From Mytilus trossulus (lineage: Eukaryota), in assembly GCF_036588685.1 (NCBI RefSeq), contig NC_086375.1, forward strand, positions 56,978,001 through 57,042,000: a stretch of DNA of 64,000 bases, written 5' to 3'. The notes under the pieces were generated by a model. It was given only the letters and a program-made list of their open reading frames with translations, searched no databases and was not told where the DNA came from. Positions 26,501 through 38,539 of the stretch are shown piece after piece. Made by a program: the position numbers and the translations under genes. The stretch's first letter is position 1. Each line of letters opens with the position of its first letter.

Positions 26501-29500
26501 GTTCCTTCATAGTCACCAATACTTCCTAATGTTATGGAATACCTTAATAAAACAAAAAACAAACCAAGTGTGTGAGATAGGAAAGGGAAATTATAATTAA
26601 CTAACTCTTTTCAAACTAATCCTATTTTTTTAAAGTTCCATGTGATGGTTCTTAATTGAATAAAAAAAATATTAAGTACACATTAATTAATCTCAATATG
26701 GTAGATCTCAAACTACCGTTATGGAAAGCTAAAAGTGACCACATGTAGTTACTGGAGATACAAACCAAGTTACTGGTCTGGAGATACCAGCCAAATAACC
26801 TTTAAGGCTTATAAACATAATAAAATGTTTATAATTCAAAGATAGTTGAAATCAAAGAGCTGAAAGCTCTGAAGAAAAATGACGCCACTGTCTCTAATAT
26901 TGGGATAGTTTTTATGCAAGTCTTGATTTTCACATACCGTAATTAGTTTAACTTTGCAACATGTATCGTAAGCATATAATTGATATTCGTATATGTGTAT
27001 GTGTGTGAAGTGAAGGTGACAACAGGCTGGTTTTTTAAGACAAATGAATAGGTCAAGACTAGCTGAATTGTACAAATAAATACCGTAGAAAGGCTTGTAT
27101 ATTTCTCACTGGTACATAGTCTGAATCTGAGTCCGTTCGCTTCCATTCACGTTTGCGCCCACTCATTTTCACCCCTTTCACTTTCACACCCTACATGTTC
27201 GCACCCAATCTTAATTGGTTTTGTGTTTAATAACTATGTAAGCAAGTGTTTTCTTATAAGTATAATTGTTGTCATTGTCTCAAAATAAAGTGAGACAGCA
27301 ATTTTTTTTTTGTGTTGAATAAATCTTAATTATGTTTTGGATAAGGTATTGCTAAAAATAATAATAATCCTTTCTAAATAAAGTGGTATTTTGTCAACGT
27401 TTTATTTTGTGTTGAATAACTCTTAATCATGTTTTGGTTAGTGTATTGCTATAACTTGTTTCATTGACTTGTTTCAAAATGAAGTGAGATTCTGACTATG
27501 TTTGTTTCTGCGTGTTGAATAAATTTTATCATGTTTTGGTTATATTAGTGGATTGCTATATTTTGGTTTCTATGTTATATTGTTTCGTTGTTTCAGATCA
27601 ATGGGACCAAGCTGTTAAAAACAATTATCTTTTGTGTTTTTTCCTTTAAAATCTTCAATGTTTTACTCATACCAAGCTATAAATACATTCAGTATTTACA
27701 CCAAAGCAATTTAAATCAACAACCATAATTTTCCAATTATTCAACTTGAATTTGAATTAAAATTGGGCGTGAATGAGTAGAGTGTGAATGTGCGAACGTG
27801 TAGGGTGCGAAAATGTATTGGGCACAAACAGACCTGATGCCACACAGTCTGAACCCCCTTCTCCCACAAAATATTAAGTAAATAATCTTTTTGTAACTGC
27901 TATCAAAGGTCTAATGAAACTCAGATAGTTTCAAACATTTGTCAAAGAATTCTAGTCAAACTGGCACCTAGTTAAATTGGCACCTGAACGTCGTAGGAAG
28001 GCGTCCCAGAAAAATAATAAAATAGCCTTGCCAGACGTCATAATTATTTGGACTAATACATGAGATATTGTGTATTTTTCTGCATTATTTTAACCAGTTG
28101 AGCATTTTACAGGATTGTTGGTTTAATGCTGTTTAAACCTTACTAAAAAAAAAAACCACCTTAAATTTGCTAATTATTTGGCATGAAAGTTTGATTTATT
28201 GAAAGGGACTCATAGTTTTCCATTTTATTTTAATAATTGACTTGTTTTTACAATTACACAAATTGTCGAATTGTTAAAACAACAGCTTTGGTAAGGGCTT
28301 CGTTGTTTACCTTTATACACTACATATTCACTTTCGTTTCGTGGTTTACCAAAATACACAACAACATATTCACTATGTACTTGGTAACAGTAATTAATTA
28401 ATTGAATAGAAAATATTATATCAAATATTATTGGATGCCGAATTGACGTCCAATATGTGCCGATTTGACTAGATGCCAATTTAACCAGGTGCCGACTTGA
28501 CTTGTACGTTTCAATTCCTCTGCGATCGTTTGCGGTATTTTCTTGAGAAAACCTATTTTCCATCATCAAAGAGAAGAAGAAACTGCTTTAAAATGATTCT
28601 GGAACGCTTCATGATTGTTAAAATAAGTTTAATTCACTCAAAAACAATTTTAAAACTTGCGATTAAATAGGAAGTTTCCAAAGCACGTGTAAAAGAAGAA
28701 ATTAACCTGTGAGAGTGGAAATCCGTATATGACAGATATCCCTATAGTACGACTTTGAAAGTAAAACAGTTCAATCCTTTTGTAAAACAATCTTTGATAT
28801 ACCTATCACATTAATGTTTGAATGGTCTTAAGCTTATTCAAACCATATAAGTCGGTATGAAACACCAAAACGGAATGAACAATAACCGATTACGTTTTGT
28901 AGTTTACAAATTCTAAAACTGGTTCCCGTCAAACTACAACACTTTGTTCGAGTGTAGTGGAATACAAGCAAAAACCAGTGTAAACTGGGTCCTGGCTGGT
29001 TTAATACTACACAATGATGCATAATGATAACACAAGCAGATTCCAGTTTGTTTGGAAAATAGGAAATACGAAACCAAGCGCGGTAGGCAGAGCAATGTAA
29101 TGAAGTTCAGGTCGGCAGTTATGGAACAATGACTGCGTCATTTTCCAAAAACCCCACAGCACTGTTCATCTAAACTTTAAATGATGTCAGCCTGGAAGTT
29201 AACCAGTGCTTTGATAATAAGAAACATTCGACTTACTGCCCATAAGTGCAGTTGCCTCTAGAAAAGGCTTAGAAATCTAGAGGCATTTTGTGAATCCTTA
29301 GAACATGTAGAACCCAATAAGTATTACAGACCAAAACACATCTGGTTTACCAGGGCAGGGGTACCACATTACATAAGCAATTTACCATTAATGACTGCTG
29401 CACTTACATATACTCTACTCCTAGTAGAATTTAAGACCAAAACAATTCTGTAGATGTGAAGATATTTTTATATCTTTTGGTCTTTTTAGATATTTGTCTC

Positions 29501-32010
29501 CTCAGCAATCATGCCATTATTTTTTTTTATATTTCAAATATAATGAAAATTCTTTAATAAATGTAATTTTTTGATGCAAAAAACAAGAAATTATCAATGT
29601 TTCAATCTTTGAATTGTTTTACATTTGTTATTTGGGGCCATTCATAGCTGACTATGAGGAAGGGGCTTTGCTCTTTGTTGAAGGCTATACAGTGACATAT
29701 AGTTATTAATTTGTGTGTCATTTGGTCTCTTGTGGAGAAAAGTTTTCATTGGCAATCATACCACATCTTCTTTTTATAGATAAAGATAGATTCAAATTAT
29801 TGTATTCTGAAATTTTTAATATCCAAACAGTAGCATTATGTATATTTAAAAATGAAACCTTATTAAATAAATTACCATTTGTGTGAATTAGCTGATTTCT
29901 GATTGAGATGTAAGGCCCTTTCAGCTGTATCTTTGGCTGTGTAAAGCATTTCTTTTTTCTTTTCAATATTTCCTTTCCCTCCTTCTATCTGTGCTAACTG
30001 GTATGTACACTTAGCTAATCTCCAATGGAAATCAGCATCAGTGAGATACTAAAAAAAATTATATGATTAGTGGCATATTTTTTTCACACTTTACCAACAT
30101 CAATTTCAACAATTATACTTTGAAAAAAAGACCCTTATTGCAATGTTTTAAACAGGTCACATGAGGTGTCATAATGGACCCTCTGAACATTTTTTCCTGC
30201 TAGGTATCAAAAGTAATTTCTTAGAGGTACTAATTGGCTCATAACATATTTGAGGCATATCCACTTTTTTTTCTTTTTCTGAGGGGTTTTTCTTGTATTA
30301 ATTTGTAAATTTGTAAAAATGAGGGGTTGATGGCATCAAAAAGATACGTGGGGTTTAAACCTAAGGGATTGAAAATTGCCTTAAATTTTTCTTCAGTTTT
30401 TTTTAACAAGGTATAATAACCATCCACCCCACCCCCTTTCTGATAATAAATGGAATGGCCTAATGCCCCACAGTTGTCATGTAGCACAAAGAAGAAAATA
30501 TTGTTTTTTTATTTTGTTTTCTTCCTTCCTTGAAATGATGAATAAAATAAGTTGTTAATTGTTATTGAAAACTAAATATTTAATTGTAATGTCATAAAGC
30601 ATAATAATATTAATTACCAAACAGCCCCATCAAATTTTAATTTTGTTCTTCACATCTTAATATGTGACAAATTGTAAATGTATAAATTTGAAATATATGT
30701 GACCATAATGTCTCCATTTTTACATATACAAATACCTTAGTTTTGTTGTTTTGAAGAAGTTCATATGCTTTTAATTTTTCTGTTTCTCCCCCATCTATGA
30801 ATGTATCAATCTCTGTATAAAGGGCAGGGACATCAGCACTTTGTTCAACTTTTACTATATCTTCAGTATCGGAATCCCCTTCTGTTGGAGTTTCAAATTC
30901 ACTGGAGCTAAAATATAAAGCATAAATTTATATATTTCACTATCATATCTGTTCAAATGAACTTTTTGTTTTTTGTTTTTAAATCTAAAAAGATTAACTA
31001 GCTCAGCTCTAAAGAGCCTGTGCCACTCACGTTCGTTTATATGCATTTTACCTCTATGTTCTATTTTAAGCCATGTCTGCCATCTTGATTGGGTCATCGG
31101 TTTATTGTGTTTCCTGCCATTTAAATGTACGCTATTAGTTATAATAAGTGTTGTGAGTTGACATGGTATGTATTTACAATGGTATCAGTTAACTTGTGTT
31201 ATGTACATGTATGTGTATGGTTGTATTTGTTTTGTAGTTAAATTGTGAGAGTTGTGTCCCTTTGTATATTGATCATGATGATGCATATTTGTCATGTAAT
31301 TTTATCAGTCTCTTAGGAATAAAGGGGGTCTCATTGGGGTTTTGGATCCCTGATCCTGCTTAGTGTTTTGTCAGATTCCCGTATCCCACTTACACTATGT
31401 ACTACACAAGCAATTCTCATTTTTTTTGTAATTTCCAGTGTCCAGCTAGACTTCATTTCCCGCTTTCACAGCACAATAATTTGAGTTTTAAGTGTCACGC
31501 TTACAAAACAAACGTCAAACCCACATCATGCTTAGAGCCCAATGAGACCCACAATAAACGTGCCATGGCATTAGACTGTTAGATGTTTTTTTGTTGCTTA
31601 AGCAAATATAAATTTAACGGCATGCAGACGCAAGTATATGTCTCCAAGTACATATTACTTGCTTCCCCTTTTATCATATTCATAATATTTATAACCATGA
31701 TAACGTAAACCATCATAAAATCGTACCCTCCTAGAGCATCTTCATAATTGTCAGTTTCATCACCACTACTTGCACTGATAACAGAATAGTATCCAGATCT
31801 CTTTTTTCTCCATTTTGACTTTCCTTCAAGTTTCTCATTTAGGATACTGATTTCTGCTTTCAAAGTTTCTATTGACGACGACAATCTATGGATTTCTCTC
31901 AAGAAAGCACTCGTTAGTTTGAAATAAAGAATGGTGCCTCCTACACCAACACATAAACCTGTACCTAATACCATCATCAGGTTTGAATTGTGTTTAAAAA
32001 AGGTTGACAT
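8539..32010 (-). CDS. RMDN3: Regulator of microtubule dynamics protein, RMDN2/RMDN3 (PTPIP51)-like, 357 aa, 9 exons
   Basis: Exons 32010-31727, 30907-30736, 30048-29876, 26542-26467, 25883-25806, 23536-23438, 10769-10716, 10110-10030, 8595-8539. All GT-AG and phase-consistent (1074 nt). N-terminal TM ([19 protein letters not shown]), coiled coil, acidic segment, then RMD TPR motifs ([57 protein letters not shown]). Confidence 0.92.
9061..9216. repeat. Fold-back palindrome at the end of a dispersed repeat (repeat continues to ~9680)
   Basis: aattcatgggggcttgaatatatc...taccct / aggggtaaaata...gatatattcaagcccccatgaatt inverted arms. Confidence 0.75.
9780..9941. repeat. Fold-back/MITE-like palindrome
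   Basis: taagaattgaatgcttctttt...gttgacc / ggtcaac...aaaagaagcattcaattctta. Confidence 0.75.
11845..12275. repeat. Degenerate GC-richer minisatellite (~120-bp unit, with an internal 35-bp duplication)
   Basis: Recurring ggtggggatctc, gggactcccc..tatttcatttgatt and acatgaatata motifs. Confidence 0.6.
13177..13341 (+). repeat. Left TIR and five subterminal palindromes GGATGG-N4/5-CCATCC
   Basis: Units at 13189-13204, 13226-13242, 13253-13269, 13290-13306, 13325-13341. Confidence 0.9.
13405..14222 (+). CDS. Transposon-encoded HIRAN-like domain protein, 178 aa, 2 exons
   Basis: Exons 13405-13645 (G|gtttgt) and 13927-14222 (cacag|GA), phase 1. Motifs [37 protein letters not shown] follow the HIRAN pattern (G.H.F...E..N..D.YA..V...VG.VP). 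Confidence 0.75.
15450..22482 (-). CDS. Transposon accessory protein, 336 aa: acidic low-complexity N-half, basic NLS-like segment, RG-repeat tail
   Basis: Exons 22482-22446, 17411-17349, 16968-16663, 16054-15450. All junctions phase 1 with gtaag donors and cag acceptors; 1011 nt open. Joins ORF-track fragments 16646..16969 and 15450..16088. Confidence 0.7.
17769..22482 (-). CDS. Putative DDE transposase, 996 aa: RAG1/Chapaev-like N-terminal Zn domain plus Academ/DUF6589-like core
   Basis: Exons 22482-22446 ([13 protein letters not shown]|gtaag) and 20722-17769 (tttcag|AG). N-terminus [13 protein letters not shown]...[14 protein letters not shown]...H...CQIC. Core motifs [37 protein letters not shown]. 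Inserted C4 (CPRC..CSQC) and C2H2 (CLEC..H..H) fingers. Confidence 0.8.
22129..22689 (-). repeat. Right TIR and six subterminal palindromes GGATGG-N4/5-CCATCC
   Basis: Units at 22129-22145, 22165-22181, 22199-22215, 22244-22260, 22636-22652, 22662-22677. Confidence 0.9.
27125..27840. mobile_element. Non-autonomous TIR element with subterminal short-repeat arrays
   Basis: ttcgc(a/g)ccc-type repeats on the left and gggtgcgaa/gggcgtgaa-type repeats on the right, in inverted orientation. Confidence 0.55.
27945..28510. mobile_element. Non-autonomous TIR element with 15-bp subterminal repeats
   Basis: gtcaaactggcacctagttaaattggcacct on the left versus tgccgatttgactagatgccaatttaaccaggtgccgacttgac on the right. 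Confidence 0.55.
31323..31550. mobile_element. MITE
   Basis: TIRs gggtctcattggg / cccaatgagaccc. Confidence 0.65.
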
Positions 32011-32349
32011 TGTGTTGGTTTTTATGTTTTTAAGTATTATTTTAGTTCGAAAAAATCGAAACTTAGGAGGGAGGAAAACCGGAAGTTTAAAAGAATTTAG
32101 GTGAAAACCAACAACGGTCCTAATTGCATAAACAAACTATATTCATTATTTTAAGACTTTTAAATTTAAAAACTCTAATTAACCTACTATAACGTTTTAA
32201 GAAACTAAAAATAACTTAGATGAAAATTGCACCAATCAAGAAGTTGAAATCTCTGAGTTGTTGAAAATCATTGTGACAAGGGAGACAACTAAGACCAGCA
32301 ACAGATTTTGACATTTAGATTTACAAAGTACAAATATCTTCTCTTTGCA
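32011..32349. promoter_or_regulatory. Putative bidirectional promoter for RMDN and GCHFR, with an ETS/GABP site
   Basis: Divergent ATGs at 32010 (-) and 32350 (+) with 339 bp between them; ACCGGAAGT at 32078-32086. Confidence 0.65.
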
Positions 32350-35300
32350 ATGCCACATATAATCATCAGTACACAAATACGGCTGGTAATTTTTTTCAAA
32401 TATACTTATTTCAATCATTCACTTCACAAAATTTGAAGCAACATATTAGAGGGTGATATCCACAGTCTGGTAGTGGTAGGATACAGACAATCTCTAGAGG
32501 GTGATAAAGGGGGGGTTACTAAACACGGAAAAACGTGAATTAAAAATCGCAAAAACGTAGAATGAAAAATTAAAATAGGGAAAAACAAAGCACGAGAAAT
32601 AAAATTGTAAATATTAAGAAAAAAAGTACCAGCAGTTATTACTCAGCCGTTCTTGGAGATCATGTAGACATTGTTAATGGACATAAAGACCTTGTGGTCA
32701 CCTTTAAGCGTATGCTACATTTGTACTCACATATGATTTGAATTTTTTTTTTTATTATGATGGACTTTATTACGTGTATAGCATACAAATAATTATACAA
32801 TAGAAAGTAGAATGGTAACAATATACATCAATTTCTATTATTCTCATGTATTGTTTTTTCGACCTACTAACATATTTTTCCGAATTTCCCTGTGATATGT
32901 TTGAACGAAGACATACCTAATATTTTGAGAGTCGCTAGTATACTTGTGCATAAAATAATTGTATTGGAAATATATTTCGATCTTTAATTTATTTTTTCAT
33001 TTGAGTTCATTAGATCGATGGCACCTTTGTTGACAAAAACAAGCGTCTTGTGTTTTCGACCTATTTAAAAAAGGGGTTAAAAGTCAGAAACGACATGTTT
33101 ATAAATTTGATACTAAAGTTAATATCAAAGTGTTAGAGGCGATCAAACTTATGACTTAAAGAATTTAATGGTTAAATAATATACAACTATAAGATACAAA
33201 ATATTATTTTTATGTCTTTTTTGGACAATTTAATGTACACATTTCAGAATGAGGCACTTTGAAGCCTTGTATGGTCTTGTATACATTCATGTTTTTGTTA
33301 AATACTTTGGTTAATCCACTGGTGAAGTGAGGTTGGTGAGTATTGTCTGTAATTTCTACTGACACTGTTTTTTCTGTAAATAAAATTTAACTGATATTTT
33401 ATTTTTTCGGTAAAAAGCTGTAAGGAGCATGCGTATTTCCGTATTCAAATTAACTTTAAGTATTACAACTAACCACCTGACAGTCATGTGACTTAATGAC
33501 CTTGAAGTTAACTTTGCATGCAAAAAGACCTCTGCCATAAGTTTAGAAAATTCGTTTGTTTTAGACCGATTCTTTTGGAAGGTAAAACTAGCATTAGTGA
33601 AAAGGGTACAAAAATGTGATATCAAATAAAAAAACGTAAATAATTAATATAATAACTTTATTTGAAAAATCTTCACCACACATAGTATCATTTGCTATTG
33701 TTACTATGTATAGCAGCAGAATATGACGTCATGCGGGCATGCGCAGCATACAGGAAGTGGAAGTAGGATTAGGTTGAAAACGTCGGACGGTCGAAAACAC
33801 AATACGAGACGATATATTAAACAAGTTTTAAAAGGTACTATAACTCCCTGACTTTGAGTTAGTTCCAATTTACTTTTTAATCAATTGTGGAACAATGCAA
33901 GAAGTAGAAATTAAGAGCACCGACACGGAACACGGAAAATAAATAAGGGGAAATACGAAGCACGCACATTGAACCAAACATGAGAAAACGAGAAATAAAA
34001 CATCAAAACACGAAAAACATGTGAAATAAAAAGGCCGAAAACGTTGCACGAAAATAACCCTTTACCACCCTCTCTGTAAACATTTATAAAAATAACTTTT
34101 TTGTGTTTTGTTGAGATTCTCATAATTGTGTACTATACCCTTAAATGGGTATTATAATCCCAATCAGGTATCAATTTACATTGACAAATTTTTTTAAAGT
34201 GCCAGTAGAAGGTAGTTCTTTGCATGTGTGTCAATGATGTGAATTTGGTCAAAGGCAGAAGAACATCCATTTTATAGTTCTTATTCTTCTTCTGAAGGTG
34301 TCTAGCGATCCTTCAATTATTGAAGATTATTCGCCGGGTGTCAACTATAAAATTTATAATTTACACTTTAGCAACTAAATCAAAAATAACAAAATTAAAA
34401 AATCAACATAACGTACATGTACATTTGAAAAATTAAATTGTGATAAAACTATATACATTTGATAACAAAATAGTTAGGGATAGAATATAGAACGCTAGTT
34501 AAGTTATACTGTAGATTCTTTTATTTTCATGGATACAAAATATTTTTGTTGATTGTTGAAATGTTGTGTTATCATGAATATTTGATTTTGTGGTTTTGCC
34601 AATGACGGAATAAAATTGAGACAGGAAATAGGGAAATTGTCAGAGAGACACCAACCTGACCAAAGAGCAGAAAACAGCTAGCTAAATGTCAGCATATATG
34701 AGTATTGAAATTCGTAGTTCACCCACGTTTGTGTTATCCCACAAAATCCATGAAAAATTGGTATCCTGTGAATATTATTGAAACCACAGTATGGGACAAT
34801 TCTAAAGCTCACTGCATTTAATGGAAAGATTCAACCTTAATATCTTGAAAAGGATTCAAACTTTAAAGAATTACTGACCAAGCAGATTAATAATAGATTC
34901 TATTAAATTATTCTTGGCTGGTCAGATTTGGAATGTAGTATACATATACAGATCTTATATAATTATGTTTTTAAGCATCACATTTAAGGCAAGGTCTACC
35001 ATTGACCCACAACAAGAGATCACAATTAACTGAATATTCTTTTGTTCTTTTTGGTTTCTTTTTATCTAGAAAATGGCATACATGTATATTTCCTTTACTT
35101 GGTTAAAGTTTCCTTTGATAAATACATGTACTTACTGATTGGCAAGTGACTCTGATTACCATTTGGTTCATGAAAATAAAAGTCTAGGTCAGTAATGAGT
35201 AATTTTGGTGTACCATGTTTCTTCTGCTAGATTGTTCAAACCCTGTCTTTTATCCCATTTAAAATGGTTCTGTATGAAGACTTTTAGAACTGCATTACCT

Positions 35301-36316
35301 CCAAGCTCTACCTACAACTTCTGGATTTTTCATTCTTATATATATATTATTTATTTGTAGGAAAGTGGTCCAACATTTGTTGGTGATGAATGGAGTGAAC
35401 CTAAGTTGATGGAATATCTTGGTGCTACCAAAATGAAAGCTCTCGGAAATAATTTGTAAGTCTTTATTTAAAATGCTAAACTTTAAAGCTGATTATACTA
35501 TTTTTGCTCAACTGCAAGAAAATCATGAATCACAAGACACTGGTATTACTTTTTCTAGTACAAAGTTATACACCAGTCCTTTTGTTTCTTTCACAAGGGT
35601 ATGCATGCAGCTTATGATGTGAACTTGTTAGGAGGTCATTATCACCTGACCTGGATTTCTTTCTTATACTCAAGTGACCATTTTAAAGTTACTTTGATTT
35701 GATATATGTACATGTATCTCAATAGATTTATTATTTAACAGTCACAATAAGTCAATACAATTTGGAAAATTATATGAAATTTTATTGAGAAGTACTTGTC
35801 TTTTATGACCTATGAATATCAAGTTATTAAAGCCAGCAAATTATCCTGTAAGACCTAATGTTCCATTGACCTAATTAATTATTCTTTATATTTAGACTTT
35901 TGAAGGACAAGTACTTCTCTAGATTTAGAATTAAATTATAAAAGCTCACTTAAATGTCTAGGTCAGCTATTATCGATGCTATCCAAATCAATTTATGAAA
36001 TCAGCTTTGATATTAATAAAGGGACCATACACAGCCTTAAAGAAAAATTAAGTAAATCATATAGAAATACTCCAGTAATTTTATAGTTTTATGGTATGAA
36101 AATTTGTAAAGTGGAATAAAATATTATCTTGTAAAGAATTGATAAATGTACCTGAAATGATCCTGCTTTATTTACAGCACAGAGTGGCGAAGTGAAGATT
36201 GTGCCAGGGTAGTGCTTAACAAACTAGAAAAGAAAGGTTACAAGGTAGTGTCTATGACTGGGGTTGGACAGACATGTATATGGACTTTAAACAAACCTGA
36301 GGAGAGTACAAGTTAA
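32350..36316 (+). CDS. GCHFR: GTP cyclohydrolase I feedback regulatory protein, 89 aa, 3 exons
   Basis: Exons 32350-32385 (MPHIIISTQIRL), 35361-35455 (ESGPTFVGDEWSEPKLMEYLGA...GNNF), 36178-36316 (...RVVLNKLEKKGYKVVSMTGVGQTCIWTLNK...*). Phase-consistent, 270 nt. Confidence 0.95.
32496..34074. mobile_element. TIR element in GCHFR intron 1 with a nested TIR element (~32843-33810)
   Basis: Outer ends agagggtgataaaggg / ccctttaccaccctct with cacg(g/a)a subrepeats; inner ends gtattgttttttcgacc / ggtcgaaaacacaatac. Confidence 0.55.
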
Positions 36317-38539
36317 CACACATGTATATCTAGTTTTAAAGAAAAGATGTGTGAGATTGAATAGACATTTGATATTGGGTTATATATACATGTAAATGTG
36401 AATGTTATGATATTATGATATAATTTTACGGAATGTATGCAACATAAAATGATACTGTAAATTCAGAAATTATGGCTTGAATTTATTTTGGGGATTTTAT
36501 AACTTTAGACTAAAATGCAATTCTAATTTTTGTGATATTGAGAAAATTCTGTTTAATTCATATGAGATATTTCTTAATGCGAATTTGAATTATTGCTATT
36601 ATAACCCTGTCACTCTTTTGGTAATAATAAAAACATCGCAATAATTTTTGAATTTAAAGTATGATGTGATTTTAAATTGGCTCTATGTTGTTACACTGGT
36701 GTATCATCTGTCAAGAAATTGATTGACAAAACCATGAATTCAAATATCCACAAAAATGCAATTTTTTTCATCGATCCACAAAATTTGATACCCATGAAAA
36801 TAAATGAATCCACAGTAATGGACCAGTGTGATCTGATGAATGTATCAGAAATAAAAGTTCATAGTATTTCTATGTAAACTTTAACCATTTGCTGTGATTA
36901 AAATGAAATTGTGAGGGAATGCATAGAAATTGTATGTTGTGATTTCCCCTGATATTTATAAAGATTATTACATAAATCCATTTACTGTTGATATTTGCTA
37001 CCAGTATACAATTTTATGACACACACATGTATAAGGGTATTCTATATTTCCATTATATGACAGGGGTATATAATTCTATCGTTCCTAAATCTAACATCTG
37101 TACTTGCTGTTTATTTATTATGTCAGACCCTGTCATCATTCAATTGTAGTTTTCTCATAAGTGAATCAGTATCTGTAGCCTTACATTAGGAAAAAGCATT
37201 TGTTATATGCTTTAGTGTGGGGACACTTTTTTTGAAAATCATTCCAGTAGAGAATTTTATTATTTTTCAATTTTGTATGCTAGATTTATTGAATAATTGA
37301 AAATTTGAGAGCTTATAAAAATGATTCAAACAAACGATATTTCATTTAGTACTCAAGCAGGTTTATATCTGGTTTAATATGGGTCTAATTTTTACATAAA
37401 TTACAATATTTTATAAATTATGCTGTATTTACAACAAGTTGTGTTTTTGTATGAAATATTAGGGTATGCTTTTTTTATATGTTATTTATGTTATTATTAT
37501 AATATAATTAAAAGTAAATATGGTTTAACCTCAATAAAATAAAAAACAAAAACACAAATGGAGACTCAAAATTAATTGCTCTAAAAGCATCACAGAGGAG
37601 AGAAAAAAATGTGTTATTTTACTAGCTTAAAAAGTACTGGAATGTTTTATACAATTTTTAACCAGGCTTCTCATCAGTTATGCTCAATCAAAATAGTTGG
37701 TAGACTAAGAAAATCTGTGCCTTTAGGAAGAAATACTTAATGTTTTGAATAATGCAAACCTTATTTAAACAGTTAATTTATACCTCTAGTCAAAACACAA
37801 TAGAAACCTAAATGTCAATGAATAAGTTTATAACAGATATCCAACTACAAACAGTTCATATTATTAATACAAAAAAGGAAAAACAGTGATTATTTTTTTC
37901 TTTCATTCTTCATTGTGTTATCAGTGGAACCAAGACTAGTTCTAGGGATTAAATTTTATGTGTTTGGATCATACAAGCTATACCCAAAGTGACCATACAC
38001 GAATTCAAATATCATCTTAAATTTCCAGTTTATATGTAAGCTTTGTTTCATGTATTAACTTCTTATCCTAAACACCTTATTAAACATATTATATTATACG
38101 ATATTTACTCACTAATTCAAAATACATCATAGCTCTTAATTCTGATATCAGCACACATGAAAAGAATCATGAACCTTCACTAAAGACATCTATATTGTCA
38201 AATTGCACACCAATATTCACGATTCAGTCTTAAATATAAAAATAAGGAGATGTTGTAGGATTGCCAATGAGACAACTTTCCATGTAGGTTCAAATGAAGT
38301 GGATTTAAGCAATTATAGGCAACTGCAGGGTCTTCAACATTAAGGAAAAACCTACCTTATAGTCGAAATTAAAGGTCCCAACATGAAAAATATGATATAA
38401 TTCAATAAGGGTCTAATTCAAAATAAAACAGTTTTGTAAAAAAAAATATAACAGACATGCACAAATAACAACAACTGAATTTTAGGCTCATAACTTAAGA
38501 CAGGCACCTACAGAATCTGGCTGGAAAAGACATGTTTGC

